From Acanthaster planci (taxonomy: Eukaryota): 64,000 bases of DNA. The number at the start of each line of letters is the position of its first letter. Within the stretch, counting starts at the first letter, position 1. This document shows positions 41,201 through 52,949 of the stretch, piece after piece. The DNA is taken from the NCBI RefSeq assembly GCF_001949145.1, contig NW_019091361.1, forward strand, positions 977,452 through 1,041,451, written 5' to 3'. The translations under genes were made by a program, and so were the position numbers. A model generated the notes under the pieces. It was not told the origin of the DNA. It saw only the letters and a list, made by a program, of their open reading frames with translations, and ran no database searches.

Positions 41201-42501
41201 CATTGGCCACTTACAGTACATGTAGAAACCGTAGTGGCATGTCTTACCAAAATCCCATCCACTGACCTTATAATTTTACATCAGATGTGGCTTCAGGTTA
41301 ATGCAACATTATTTCTTCATACGTTGTTAAATAGTCCTTTGTGCATCTTCGATATCCTACCCGCAAGCACGGTATTGTATGGACAAGTGTGAGGGAAAGT
41401 CAAACAGGGGTCATATGGGCACTTTGTACATACTCTGACTAATTGACCCGTGAACAGAAATCACACGATCAAGTTTTACATTACACAAGCAGTCCAAACA
41501 GAACTTTTCTGCAACACAAAAGTGACAATGTAATTCTCCTACGACCTGGCTGGCCTTGTAAAACTTGTGTTGCAAAACTTCCGTTGAAACTTACAACCAA
41601 TGATTGACACTTGACAATTTTGACAGTTGACCGGCTGTCCCCAGTAGATTTAATTTTGTCAAATTGACAACAATCTCTGTCAGTTTTACCAAAAAAGTCC
41701 ACAGCGAACACAGCTTAAGTCCTCCAAAACACTGTTCGTGTTCAGTACCATGCAGGTAAAAATCTAATTTAGCACATCTGAGGCTCCTCCATGGTCAAAT
41801 AATACTTACACTGGTCAGAAGCCCTAGTGAAGCTTAAGGACATGAAGGTCAGTGAAATTGTTCAGAAATACTGCATACATGTACATATACCATCCGCATG
41901 ATCATAATAATGCATATCCGAATGGGAATATTGTGGGGGATCAACCTATGTAAAAAGTAAATATTTGGGAAGAAAGAGTTCCATACACGGCCATCAGACA
42001 TGTCAGTATTCACCCTGTGCACATACATGTACATGTCCATGTACAAACCTGATGAGACTGGTCTGAAAAATTGTATTTCTTAAGCAAATGCTTCGATATC
42101 TTCCTTGCTAAATTTAACTTTGTGAGGCATGTTATCACTTTCTGATGGCTGATAACCACTGATGAAATAAAGACTGCTGATAAATTACAGTGTACTACAC
42201 GGTACTAGGTCTTATTTAACATTGTCATTAAGTTACAAGTAGTCACGTTAGTGCTGATGTCTGCAGGCTCCTAGTCTAGAAATCTTCACATTTTCTGTAC
42301 TTCAAGTTTATTGACTGATGGACAGTCCCTTCCCCCTTAACTCAATTCACTAACACTGTGAATTGCACCCTAAAAAGCAGCAAAGAAACTACCCACCAAG
42401 ACATCTTGAAATGATATGTTAGGCGACTGAACTGTCCAGTCCACTCTCTCTCCGTGCTGGTTGGCTATGCGTATTATAATCGGCTGAGATGTCATTTTCA
42501 T
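14164..42501 (-). CDS. MAP2K5: Dual-specificity MAP kinase kinase 5 (MEK5; PB1 + kinase domain), about 444 aa. Coding exons in transcript order: 42501-42397, 40327-40279, 39202-39135, 37887-37818, 36140-36103, 35628-35564, 34667-34625, 34038-33974, 33444-33405, 32932-32864, 20217-20136, 19188-19127, 18570-18522, 17990-17866, 16752-16681, 16221-16195, 15566-15540, 15052-15020, 14671-14610, 14347-14164
   Basis: 20 exons with GT-AG boundaries and consistent phases, totalling 1335 nt. PB1 motifs IIIRI...VDWTV...FQDVL and [19 protein letters not shown] are present. Kinase motifs: [53 protein letters not shown]. The protein is collinear with human MEK5 as I recall it. The start could be 42501 or 42495 (M-K-M). 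Confidence 0.96.
14181..14211. repeat. (CTG)n trinucleotide repeat encoding the poly-Ala tail of MEK5
   Basis: Pure CTG run on the + strand, which is GCA codons on the - strand ([16 protein letters not shown]). Confidence 0.9.
14738..14887. mobile_element. MITE family B, copy 2
   Basis: Perfect 16-bp terminal inverted repeats ATAGAGTACCGAAGTG / CACTTCGGTACTCTAT. Confidence 0.8.
15185..15508. mobile_element. Non-autonomous piggyBac-like element in a MAP2K5 intron
   Basis: TTAA-CCCCTT...GGGA ... TCCC...AAGGGG-TTAA. Confidence 0.65.
16855..17451. mobile_element. Non-autonomous piggyBac-like element in a MAP2K5 intron
   Basis: TTAA-CCACTTGCTGCC ... GGCAGGAAGTGG-TTAA. Confidence 0.7.
26388..26531. 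mobile_element. MITE family B, copy 3 (diverged)
   Basis: TAGAGTATCAAAGT...GTGTAAAAGG...TACTCCATTC.TTTGCAC...TGACGTCACACTTCGGTGCTCTA. Confidence 0.65.
29106..29942 (+). CDS. Secreted collagen-like + C1q globular domain protein (C1q/TNF-related, CTRP-like), 278 aa, single coding exon, nested in a MAP2K5 intron
   Basis: ATG lies directly after a polypyrimidine/CAG acceptor (29105). The protein has a signal peptide [22 protein letters not shown], a CRDCC motif and 17 Gly-X-Y triplets (GDA...GDM). C1q motifs follow: [60 protein letters not shown]. Confidence 0.93.
   Translation: MRSSSALQYVFFVLLLPALVVSRSDRPCRDCCQQKGDAGPVGPPGLPGVVGPQGLPGRDGLNGLNGPAGLPGRPGDKGEKGTSGDMSGILKLLNQQSSDVLTDLQEVLEFLKEQRAQMSISPDVMMASPPLIHPMGRIEITAFTVVRTLDLPGHGDVAKDITYDRVITNVGNRFNFETGHFVCPTNGTYFFTFSVAHDRDTMVELVKNEERLVAVHGDAAQKLRTMYTNSAVVELVERDEVWTRLTRSHSLSGNTQHLTTFTGYLLYPASATKRVTKG
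34427..34599. mobile_element. hAT-like MITE
   Basis: Inverted termini CAGGAGTGAGATT / AATCTCATCCCTG, flanked by TCCAAC direct repeats. Internal AAAAGCTGAA repeats. Confidence 0.55.
35083..35383. mobile_element. Palindromic MITE-like element
   Basis: Inverted arms CTAAAGACACTGCTGCTACACCTCGTGATTTGGGGCAAGCTTTTGC / GCAAAAGCTTGCCCCAAATCACAAGGTATAGCAACAGTGTCTTTAG. Confidence 0.7.
39810..40049. mobile_element. MITE family C; a second diverged copy lies at about 5370-5610
   Basis: Inverted termini GGGTAATCTCAGAAATTAGAGGTCTA / TAGACCCCTAATTTCTGGAATTACCC. The core AATTTCCAAGAGTGAT...TACCTGCCACACAA is shared with 5455-5500. Confidence 0.65.
40072..40238. mobile_element. Short hAT-like MITE
   Basis: Inverted termini CAGAGCAGGAATTTCAT / ATGAAGTTCCTGCCCTG. 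Confidence 0.55.
40667..40916. repeat. Minisatellite, about 7 copies of a 37-bp unit GTGTAACTGTC(A/C)AAGTAACATACTGGTACATGTACAT
   Basis: Contiguous tandem copies with no spacers. The second copy lacks one GTACAT. Confidence 0.95.
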
Positions 42502-42799
42502 ACGATGGCTCAACACTGCATCGTTTAAATGCACACAACTCCCAAAAGAACAGCACTAATACACCATCTATAAAAATTACTGGCGTTAGACACACAATAA
42601 AACGTTGAAACAAAACAGAAGTTAATGCAGAATTTTTGCTCACAGTTTCAGTGCACAGCCCTTTGCTACGTGTGTGACTTTAGTACGCGTGTACGGTACC
42701 TGTAAACACAATACTCTTCATCACATAATTATTGGGGAACCAGACTATCCAAAAAAGTTTGAGATTGAGAACGTTGGGACTGTAGATGGCGCTGCATTG

Positions 42800-43570
42800 T
42801 TTTCAAACGTTTCAGGCCAGTAAACAGGCCCAAAGTTTTAAGGGGTGATTATCTCCGAGAAATATCTTCAAAACGCATCAGTTAATCCACTGAAAACTCA
42901 TAGAAAAAATGAAAGATGTGGACGTGAGCTATCATTTAATATGTATCCTGATTTTTGAAGTGGGGGTATTTATTATTATTGTCTGTGGCAGCTAAAATAA
43001 TAAAACTGGTCTGCAACCGTTGAAAATTAAGCCCACAGACATTAGCCTTAGCTGCCCATACCTTTAAGGTGGCACACCGCCCTCACTACAGTATTCGTCA
43101 ACGTACACGTACGCACGGACACGATGAACGCCTTGAAAGTAGGGTTAAAACCGTAAATAGGCCCAAAGTTGCCTGTGCAGAATCGGACCGAAGTCCGATT
43201 CAACGTGCCATTCTGCTATTAGAACATTGAATGGACAGTTTACAAGGAGGATGGAAAATACCAGCAGGACTGCCAGCCTGTATTTCTGAAAGTATCGGAC
43301 AAAACGGGAAACTCTAGTCTGAATAGCTTTATTCTGTAATAGAATGTAGCCTTGTAGGCGTCAATTTTCAAAACGGCGATGGGCTTCATGATCATTTTGA
43401 AGAGTGATTATCTCTGCAGAAATATCTTCAAAGTCATCGTTTAAGCCATTCAAAATTGAAAGGAAAATGAAAGATGAGGCAGTGAGCTAGAACTTGATAT
43501 GTATCTTGAACACGGGAGAAATTTGTGAGTATTTTTCCTGATTTTTGAAGTGGGGTTATTTATCACTTGC
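42800..43570. repeat. Two diverged direct copies of a dispersed repeat (about 42840-42980 and 43400-43570), also related to about 820-1030
   Basis: Shared blocks GTGATTATCTC...AAATATCTTCAAA...GAAAGATG...GTGAGCTA...ATGTATC and CCTGATTTTTGAAGTGGGG.TATTTAT. Confidence 0.6.
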
Positions 43571-46500
43571 TTTTGGAAGCTTGTTTATTGGTCTGTAACC
43601 CAACGGCAGCTAGAACTGGCCGCGGCTGATGTAAATGGAGGTTCTCTCACCGTACAATTGCATTCTGTCCCACCCAGTCTTTTCAAAATATTTCTACTTT
43701 TAGCTAGGTTGGAACTTAAGTTCCATGTCGGGATATCAAGGGAAGGTACACCTCATTGTTAGGACACCCCATGGCTGGCACATCCCGTGGGAGGAATGCT
43801 CCCAAGTTTAAATTAATGTCCCTCCAGAAGAAAGTTTCACTGGACATTGTCCGCCTAAGTATTCTGTCATATGATTGTATGGAGAATTTGTCAGAATATT
43901 CTGATCTCTGATTGATTAATTGAAAAGTGTCCTGAACGCTCCTGGTCCCTCGACGGTCCCATGACCCTTCATGCAACTGGCTCCGATTTTTCACTGAACC
44001 CCCATGGTACACACTGGGACTTCATCGATTGCAAAGGTTGCGCCCACATCTCCACAATACGGCCCTGGATGGGTTCAGCTTGTATCCAGCTTGATTCAGC
44101 TAAATCGAGACTTTTGGGATCGAAAATCGGACCTTGATATCTTAGATGCATTCGAATCAACATCCTTCCATGTGCACGTACAGAGATGCCTTGGAATAAG
44201 ACTGGGAAATGAATGAGCTATTAACATAAAAAAACAATCTCTTTTTACTGTTGCCAGAAGGAAAAAGAGTTGCAGCTTTTTGCTATATGTTTTTGTAAGA
44301 CAATGATAAAAATAATTTCCCTTCCTTTCATTATCCTGTAATGAATAGAACGGCTGTTAGGTTTTGTAAGGAAATCTCAAAATGTTTTTGACTCCCCAGC
44401 ACCCCTCCCCCAACAAGAGTAGTTCTGCATCCGTCCTTGAGAGGACTCTTCTGGGATTTTACGTTGCGTGCGGTTAAAAGAATTTCCTCCGGGTTTTTGC
44501 TTGGAATGATGTAAACTGGAAAGGACATCTCGCTGCAGCAACCCTAGTGGGTTCATAAAAGGCCACTTTATCACGTCTATGTATTGAACGCTTTGTATTT
44601 CCAAACTTTTCAACACTTGGGACGACAGCAGTAAATACGAAACATTGCAAGGGAAATATTTATTATACAAGACTCTACAGGAGATTTACCCAAAATTTTA
44701 TTGAAGCCACTTACTTGCAGGCCCTCTTTTTATGAAGAGGCACTCAGTTTTTTTTCTTTTCCAAATTCGGGCCTAGTTGCGGGGGGACAGTTCTTGGGTG
44801 TGGGTTGTTCATGCCATTGAGTCTACAAAGGTGTAAATTACATTTATTTCCCGTGTTGCTTTTTTTGGTCTTGTTTGGTGATTCGCGCCTTCTGTATTAA
44901 AGAGAATTAAAGGTTTCCATGGAATGACAAACACATTGTGATTGAAAGAGTGAAAAATGTAAAGATTTTGCGGACAACACATGGAGAGAAATTTTCATTT
45001 GGGGTCTGGTTGGCTGTTTTTTGGTCGTTGTGTGGTTGGATTCAATATGGGCTTTGGCACTGTTTAGGTTGGATGGGCAGAGGTTGAGCTTGATTCTACC
45101 CCCATGGCTGGACGCATGGCACTCTCGGTTCTGCAGGGCTTACACGGCTGCAGCATGGTGGGATTGGATTGGCTGGGCACATCACCTGAGATGTTAGGAA
45201 CGGCTCTGCTGCCTCACTGCTTTAGGCTGAGATCGGCTGTGCTTCATTATTTTTACGAGTGAGAATTTGCTCGGCTGCCGCCAGTCTGGGGCTTGACTGA
45301 GCATTACTACTGGGCCTGGGCTGGACTCTTGGTTGTTTGGTATATGGGTTATTTTCGTCAATTATATCCATAAAATTCACAAGCGTGAAACTAACTTTTT
45401 GAGTCTCCAAGATTTGCGTAAATTTTTTTCAGTATGCACCTTCATCTTCTGTCATTTAAAAGCAAAATAATTTCATAAAGCTCCCTGATAAAAACGGTCT
45501 ATTACCCACTGTATTTCCCGTAAGTTGCCAACACATGCACTTTTACGTTCACTATAAAGCAACATCGCAAAGTACAAAGCAATGATATATTAATACTCTA
45601 TCGTTAGCAAGAATGCCTTATTTCCACTCATCAATCAGCGTAACGGATTCACTATGGAGGATTAGAGACGTTTGATTGTGATGCTATCTTGCAAGAATTC
45701 ATCCAGTACTGCTTCCAATCTGAACGGATATCAAACATACCATGAACAGTGGCACAGCTAAATGTCCGGGAGCACCTTGCGGCGCACACATTTTTTTCAA
45801 GGGAGCACCAGAAGAAAATAAGTGGTAGCTGCATAGCTATATAAACTCAACGGAGATTATTCACCGATCCCAAGGGGGGCGTGCACCCGAGGGGCACGGG
45901 CATTAGGGAGTGGGGCATGTGCCCCCGTGCTCCCCGTATAGTTATGCCTCTGACTATGACGCGTCTGTTACGACAGAAAAACAGTTACGTAGATCGAAAT
46001 AAACAAATAAGTTTCATATATATGCACTGAAACTCAGATTTGTATATACAAACAAATGTAGGCCTATGTTAACAGGAACGAATTCAAGTAAAACAGAATA
46101 CACAAATTATGAGTTTTCTGCTCTATCTATATTAGCGAAGTACCACGCGTTTTGTTTTATATTAAGTTATAATAATTGGGTTTGATCCTAATATTAGTAT
46201 CCGCTTTTGCTTCACAGTTAATTTATTTTGGCCTATGCATAAATCACAACGGCACCTCATAGTCGGCAAAGGTATTGATCACTGTAACCTGTATGGTCGG
46301 AAGAGATTTGAAACTTTGGAGAGAATATAGACGAATCTAAATAGCAACCACTGCGTTGGGTTTTATAGAGTGCAGTTGTCACGGAACTCACCCGAGTCCT
46401 TACATTAGACCTTGCACAAGCGTAAGCCATCTTTCAGTCTTATTCCCCATATCGGTTTATAAATTGCAAACTGTTAATTATAGGCACGGGACTGTTTTAT

Positions 46501-47025
46501 AATTACATTGCCATGTGTTCTAGCCTGCCTTTTGAAATTTTTCTAAATCCGACTTACACACCAACGTCTAATGTTTAATCACTAGTTTGAAATTTCGTAT
46601 AAGAGTAGGCAGGCCGCTTGTCATGAAATTTCATTCTTGCTTTCATTTCTACTATCAGCATTCAAAAATGAAAAGTTAACCTCGCTTTCACTTTTAATAT
46701 GGCAGGCCCATGAGTAAAGTCTTAGTTACCACGTTGCTTTTCGCCATGGGCCATTGCACATAACCGGAGACAGTGTTACCTATGTCAATGGATTCGTATA
46801 GTTTATTATTTGGACCGCGGTGGCGATATTTACGTTATCACTATGCCAAAGGGTATCGTAATAACTACTTTTCGGTAAGAAGTACCGTAGCAAGCATTCC
46901 ATGATTGTGATTCCGATTAAAACCTAATGTTACTCCCAACATCGCAGAGAATGTCCGGTGACGTCACCTGACTTGTCCACAGCTGACCCAAATTGCCGCT
47001 GTCTTGGTTAGTGCACACAGCTATT

Positions 47026-48219
47026 TCACCCAGACTGGTCGCTCACCCAACAGCACTTGCTTCGACGCAGGACTTTGAAGAACCCAGAGGGTTCTGGGAT
47101 GTTAGCCCATTGTGGACGCAAGATGTAACGGAATATGGCCTTGAAATCCCGATGCTTGGTGCCATAAATTATGGGGTTAACGCAACTGTTGAAAAAGAAC
47201 AAAGCAAAGAGGTAGGGCCGGGCTGGGCTGTCACCGTACATCGCAACGACAGCATACGGGGTGACGCACAGCATGAAGGCGCAGACGACGAAAAACATGT
47301 TCTTGGTGATGGCGCTTTGGCGGCGACCCAGCTGAGAATTGTCGGCCTTCAAACTCTTCTGATTAACATGCGAGAGCTTCATGTCATCACTACCGGTGTA
47401 ACCCATGGAAATGGTAGATGGGATACTGGGCGTGGCTTCAATTTGCTGGGCGTTGGCCATCTTCTTGGTGTGGTGTTTCAGGTGTCTCCAGATGAGCAAG
47501 TAGCAGGCAATGATAATAATCAGTAGAATTGGGTATACCACGCCCCCTACAATGATGTTGTAGATATGAGAGCTGGTTTGAGACGTGGTTGATCCACACG
47601 TATGATACTTTTTGTTGTAAGTAAAGCCACCTATGTTCATTAAGGATGGCAACAGGGTGATGAATAACGGTATCAGCCAAACAAGAACTAGCCAGACCAC
47701 AATCTTCTTCGGTGTATAGATTTTATAGTAAGTCGTTCTGGGTCGGGTGATTAACAGCAAGCGGTTCAGGCCGATAAAAACAAGCGAGAAAACACTGCAC
47801 CCGACGGCGGCATTTTGGACGACTGCGGTTACACTGCAGACCCAAACTCCGACCGGCAGCCCTTCCCTGCCCAACAAGGCTACGGCATTCCACGGAATGA
47901 CCAGGCAAGTTAGTAGGTCTGCGACGCTCAGGTTCACCACGAACGCGTTGGTGGCGGTACGCACTTTCCGGGAGAGGAGCACGGCCAGGATCACCAACGT
48001 GTTACCAAAGATACCAAGCACAGCTACCGACAGGAACAAGGTTGCTACGATGACCCTCTGGGTGTAGTCGCTGAATTCGAAAGGCGGATTCTTGGTAGAG
48101 TTGAAAGCAGCGTTGTCTGTAGGTAATGAACCTGCGCCGACATCGTTGAAATTGAGCGATGGGTTCTCCGTGGAGTTGAAAGTTAGCTTGTCAGTACCCA
48201 TGTCAGTTGTTACATCCAT
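47026..48219 (-). CDS. Intronless class A (rhodopsin-like) GPCR, 397 aa; resembles the moody/GPR84/melatonin-receptor-like orphan group
   Basis: Seven hydrophobic segments. Motifs: GN in TM1 (GIFGNTLV), NLSVADLL in TM2, IGLNRLLLI (DRY variant NRL), W in TM4, CVTPY in TM6 and NSCVNPIIY (NPxxY) in TM7. N-glycosylation sequons NST occur in the N-terminus. Confidence 0.93.
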   Translation of the reverse strand: MDVTTDMGTDKLTFNSTENPSLNFNDVGAGSLPTDNAAFNSTKNPPFEFSDYTQRVIVATLFLSVAVLGIFGNTLVILAVLLSRKVRTATNAFVVNLSVADLLTCLVIPWNAVALLGREGLPVGVWVCSVTAVVQNAAVGCSVFSLVFIGLNRLLLITRPRTTYYKIYTPKKIVVWLVLVWLIPLFITLLPSLMNIGGFTYNKKYHTCGSTTSQTSSHIYNIIVGGVVYPILLIIIIACYLLIWRHLKHHTKKMANAQQIEATPSIPSTISMGYTGSDDMKLSHVNQKSLKADNSQLGRRQSAITKNMFFVVCAFMLCVTPYAVVAMYGDSPARPYLFALFFFNSCVNPIIYGTKHRDFKAIFRYILRPQWANIPEPSGFFKVLRRSKCCWVSDQSG

Positions 48220-48830
48220 TTAAAAAGATTGATCAAACTTCTTATGATAAAAATGTCACTACAATGTGTGCCTTGTTGGCCATCCAACTTGTCAGCACTA
48301 TGCCTGCTGTTGAAAGTGTCAAGCTTTTGGTCGTAACTGCTTGGTTGCTACTCGATTCTGTGCACCGACTTTCATAAAACTCCGGTATGTATCGCTTTCA
48401 CTTTCGAACTAACTGTCCATTTGTCATTGCGGAAAAACTGGTATATGGAATATAAAAGGGCTGTGGCGTTAAGACAGATACGCTGCTTAGCTGCCATAAA
48501 ACTGTTGAAACATGAGACCAGCTCCCAAAGTAATTCTGTAACCGACTCCTCTTTCAATGGCCAAAGTGCGATCAGCGCGGTCAACCACCGATCGATTTTG
48601 CCTGGTACTGAAGATACATCCAAGCAAAATCGACCAGCTGTTGTCTGGGTCCCAGACCAACTGAGTCTGACTTATGCACTCTTCCTGTTTTTTAAATTTT
48701 CAGAATGTCTGAAAAAGCTATTTTCTAATAGTTGATTCTTTACCGTCAGCGTAATGTTCGTACATAACAGCACTGTATACAAATCACATTTTCTTCTCTA
48801 AATTTGGTCATTTTTACGACGGTAGGTATG

Positions 48831-49072
48831 CATGGGCGGAAATCCCAGTGGGAAGGGGGGAAACGCCCCCCCCCCTCATGAATTTGGTACGGGGGACACA
48901 ATGCCAAATGTCCCCTCCATGTTTTAAGCAAAAAAACATACTAAAGGACTTGATAAATCGAGGATTTCCCCTTTTGAGTTTTTATAAATGTAATAAGATA
49001 ATAAACACGGTGTGCACAAAAAAGTGTAAATGGATGTCTCCCCCCACGATGGAGGAGAGATTTCCGCCCATG
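48831..49072. mobile_element. hAT-like MITE with an 8-bp target-site duplication
   Basis: Terminal inverted repeats CATGGGCGGAAATC / GATTTCCGCCCATG, flanked by TAGGTATG and TAAGTATG. Confidence 0.8.
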
Positions 49073-52000
49073 TAAGTATGTTCAAGTGCAAATTACTAGA
49101 TTTTAATTTTGTGTCTTGGTTACACCCACTACTCGCTATATCACTGACGTCATGGGGTCGCCTTCTCCCTGCATAAAAATATCATTTAGGCCCCCTAAAC
49201 CTCTGGACTTGAAATTGCTACAATAACAATTGTTCGAAACAGAAAAAATCGGTTGCCAGGTATTGTTTAATATTTACTTTCAAAGAGAGTTATGTAAACG
49301 AAAGTGTTTTTTACTGTTTCTGTGTGAATGATCAAATAAATATTGTGAAGTTTTTTGTATTTTGGTGAATGCTACCGTAATAAATATCGGAGGGGTGGAT
49401 TTGAAGAACGACTCCGTGAATTTTGATTGCACGTGAATGGCGATTCCAGACACTTCAAAGTTTCTATGTGTAAACAGAATTAGAAAAAAAATCGGCACTA
49501 AATTTGGCCTACTCTCTATGGAGCACTAACATGAATCACAAGAAAAGAGCTGAAGTTTCCCCTATAAAACCGCGCTAGGGAATGATTTCATCAGCATGTT
49601 GGCATGTCAGCATTTGTAGCAGTGGGACTTTCCAGACTCATTTCTCATTGAACCAACACTGTCTCACACTGACATATTTAAAGTGTACAGGGCATGACCC
49701 CTGGACTATGTTATGCAACGTATGCCACTCGCTGCCCATCACGTAAATTGCAGTCAAAAGGATGTCACCGATATCTACCCTAAATTATGTTTTTGCATGG
49801 ACGTAAATCCGGGGCATAAAGGGTATTGGTATATCTCCCCCACGTTTTGGGGTGAGCGAAAAATTAAAGCGGATTTTGACGAATTTTTAAGACTTCCAAT
49901 GAATAAATTGCATTCCTTTTTTTACATCGCAATTGCATTGCATGCCGTCTTTTGTGTTCAGTGGAAACAACAAAAAATCGAAAATTAGAAGACCTTATTG
50001 TCCAGTGTATCATTGAAAGGTAAAGAAACCTCACCGTCGTCAAGTCCAAGGTAAATTATGCAATGATGTTGACCTTGTCCACCCCAGATATAGAACTGTT
50101 GTTCCGCCTTTGTATTACAGTTGCTATGGCACTTGATCAATGGAGGTCCGCATGCAAACAACTTAATATTGACACGAACGATGAGGGCCAACACGGGAAG
50201 CGCAGTGTGTGTGTGTGAAGCCATGCACTGATAAAGGCCATAGTGGTCAGCCATCATTCACCGAACATCAGTCTAGATTTGCCCACCAGAAATGTAACAT
50301 TTTGCCATCGTATTTCGTAACATCTGAATGACGAACGTACAGCTAAGTCATCATAATTTTCAAGCTGATGTGATTTTGTAACTGGTGAGTTTCAAATTGA
50401 TTTTTTGTACACTCAACCTTGCACTTGGTTAATGTGGTTTTATTTGACGTTGCGTGTAACGCATCCACTTGATGTGGCGCAGTGTGTGCCTCTTGAATAA
50501 ACAAATACATTAACATTAATATGTAAAGAAAATGTAGGAAATTCACACATTTTCTGCGTTACTTGGCAGCTCTGCTTGTGGTATGAGCCAATATAACAAA
50601 AGTGCATGAAAGGTAAATTTAGACACGAGAGGTCAACGGATGACATTAAAACAAATTATTAAACCACCATAAGATCAAGTACAATGAACAGATGGGTCCT
50701 CACCATTTAAAAAGTGGAATTTTAATGGTGTAAATTTGTGCCGGGAAATGGGCGATTGGGGAAGCATGACTTCCCGTCCATGGCAAGTTTAAAGCAGGGG
50801 AAGGGGGAGCTGATAGCTGTTCATGATACAGAGTTACATCTTCAATATGTATTACAATTCTGAAAAACTTACTTCAAAACAGCGTGTTGAGGTTTCTTTT
50901 AAGTCGTTCCTCCTTGTTAAGTGCTAAATATTGAATACATTTTGGTTGTTGGAAAGCCCGAAAAATTCTACAAAATCCGTCTTATTATTTCACAACGAAA
51001 AAGTGTGTGTGTCTGGGGAAGGGTGGTCATCACCAATAGGGAAATTTTGTGTACCCCCTTGGGATTTATGCCCATGCATTTTAAGCTATGTAAAGACTGC
51101 CCGACTAAGACAATGAACATCGCTTACCAGCGTACAGCGACAAAAACCTGAAAGGTTTCCCAGGTCACTAAAGTGAAAGTATAAAACAGAACCTACGAAG
51201 GACACGAATACATTATTTTTCCTGCTTGACATCAATCAACCAGTGAACATATAACAAAGGAGGAAGTAGACAGAAAGAGAAAGGAACTCTATTTCCACCG
51301 TTACCAGGAAGTACTGTGAAGATGCATTATAACCTTCCACACGATCCGCCCAGACAGTAGTGTAATTCTTCAGTGAGAACGCAAGGTAAACATGAAAGGA
51401 GTCGACAAGCAACATTGTGTTTTTTTCTGTTGGACACCTGCTCTTGTACACTCTCGTCCAAAGATGAGAACACGCCACCGAATCACTTTATAAGCAATGC
51501 CCCCGAACATAATATAAACAGCATTGAAATACTCCGTGCCTTGATGCAGGTGTCCTGCATTTAAAGGGTCAAGGATGGAGACACCGAACTTGCTTTCGTT
51601 TCGGAAGTGACAACGAAAATAAAAGCTCAGACTATGAAAACAACAACAGGAAGAAAGACAGCGGTTTCAGCTCTCGAGGAAGAATCAAATGGCCAACAGT
51701 GTTTTGTTTCGATAGTTAATATAAGACAATTCCTTGAACCTCCCAAGCCAAAGCTCGCGGGAATTTCACCAGGAAACAACTACTACATATTCAACCTTAT
51801 ATACAAGCTGAGTCACAAATACTTGTAAATGCAGGGAGCAACATGTTGCCAGCACATCCAAGTCCCTCACCACGAGAAACAACGAGGTATAGGGCTATGA
51901 AAACGTTGAGAAATTTTCAGGATAGAATATGATACACATGTACATGCATGCTGGGTCCTTTAAGTCCCATTCATCCATCAGCGGACTGTACCTCTCCGCT

Positions 52001-52949
52001 GATGTCATTTTACGGACCTTTTGCTAAGCATGTACAGTGTACATGCGTCCTAGAGCTTCATGGTAACTTATTACCGTGATCTCAGTTCACGTATCCGGCG
52101 AGTTCTCGCTACCCTGGTATTCCACAGATGTCGAGAGATCCCATTGTCATGCGTACACCGCTCTCTCGCTTCCTGCTATTCAAATGAGCGGCCGAGGTGT
52201 GCAGGAATCCCACTCTTTGTTAATGTCAGATTTTACCTCAAAACGTGTATTTACCCCTTACCTTTAAGGCATAAATATTCAGTTTCTGAAGAAGTGTTTT
52301 TGTTTTTAATAATCTTAAATCGTTAGCTGCATGTTTTTAAAAACACTCCTCTTTTTTGGGGGGGGGGTTGTTTGATTGTTTTTTCTTTTTGTATACAGCC
52401 AGTCATAGTCTAATCCGCAAACAGGTAGGCAAATATAGGACTGTTAGACACAATCACGGACGTATATAAAAAAAACACGTCCGTGGTCACAATAAGCACT
52501 CGGTACAAGGGTACTGCCAAAGGTCGGAGTGGGTTTCGAAAGGCACAAGGTTAAACTTGTCACGCGCCCTCACTATGAATTTGTGGTGAATGAATCCTCG
52601 CCGCCTACGCAGTTTCCTGGAACGTGATGTTTGATAAAGCGCAGTGAAACACTTCATAATCACTGTGTTGAAGTCAACATGCAAGGCCAGGACACTTGCT
52701 GCGTGGGTCATGCAGACCGCTGCAACAAAAGTTGAGCAATACAGTTCTGCGATCTTATTCAATACCACATTCATTTGGATAGTTTGGCGTCAGGCGATCT
52801 CTGAGAGCGAGGCAAAATCTTCAATATTCACTTTCATTAAATTCTCATTTCATGATATGGGGGACAAGACTTGAACAGTGAGCCACCCAAACCACCGCTT
52901 GTGAGTGTGGATTCGGGAAAATACTCATTGAATGAACGATTTCGCCAAA

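Noticed and set aside
43716..44216. Short ORFs as a MEK5 first exon or a transposase
   Set aside because: The PB1-encoding first coding exon is at 42501-42397, and I see no transposase motifs here.
46993..47526. 177-aa plus-strand ORF
   Set aside because: Antisense shadow of the GPCR coding sequence with no recognisable motifs.
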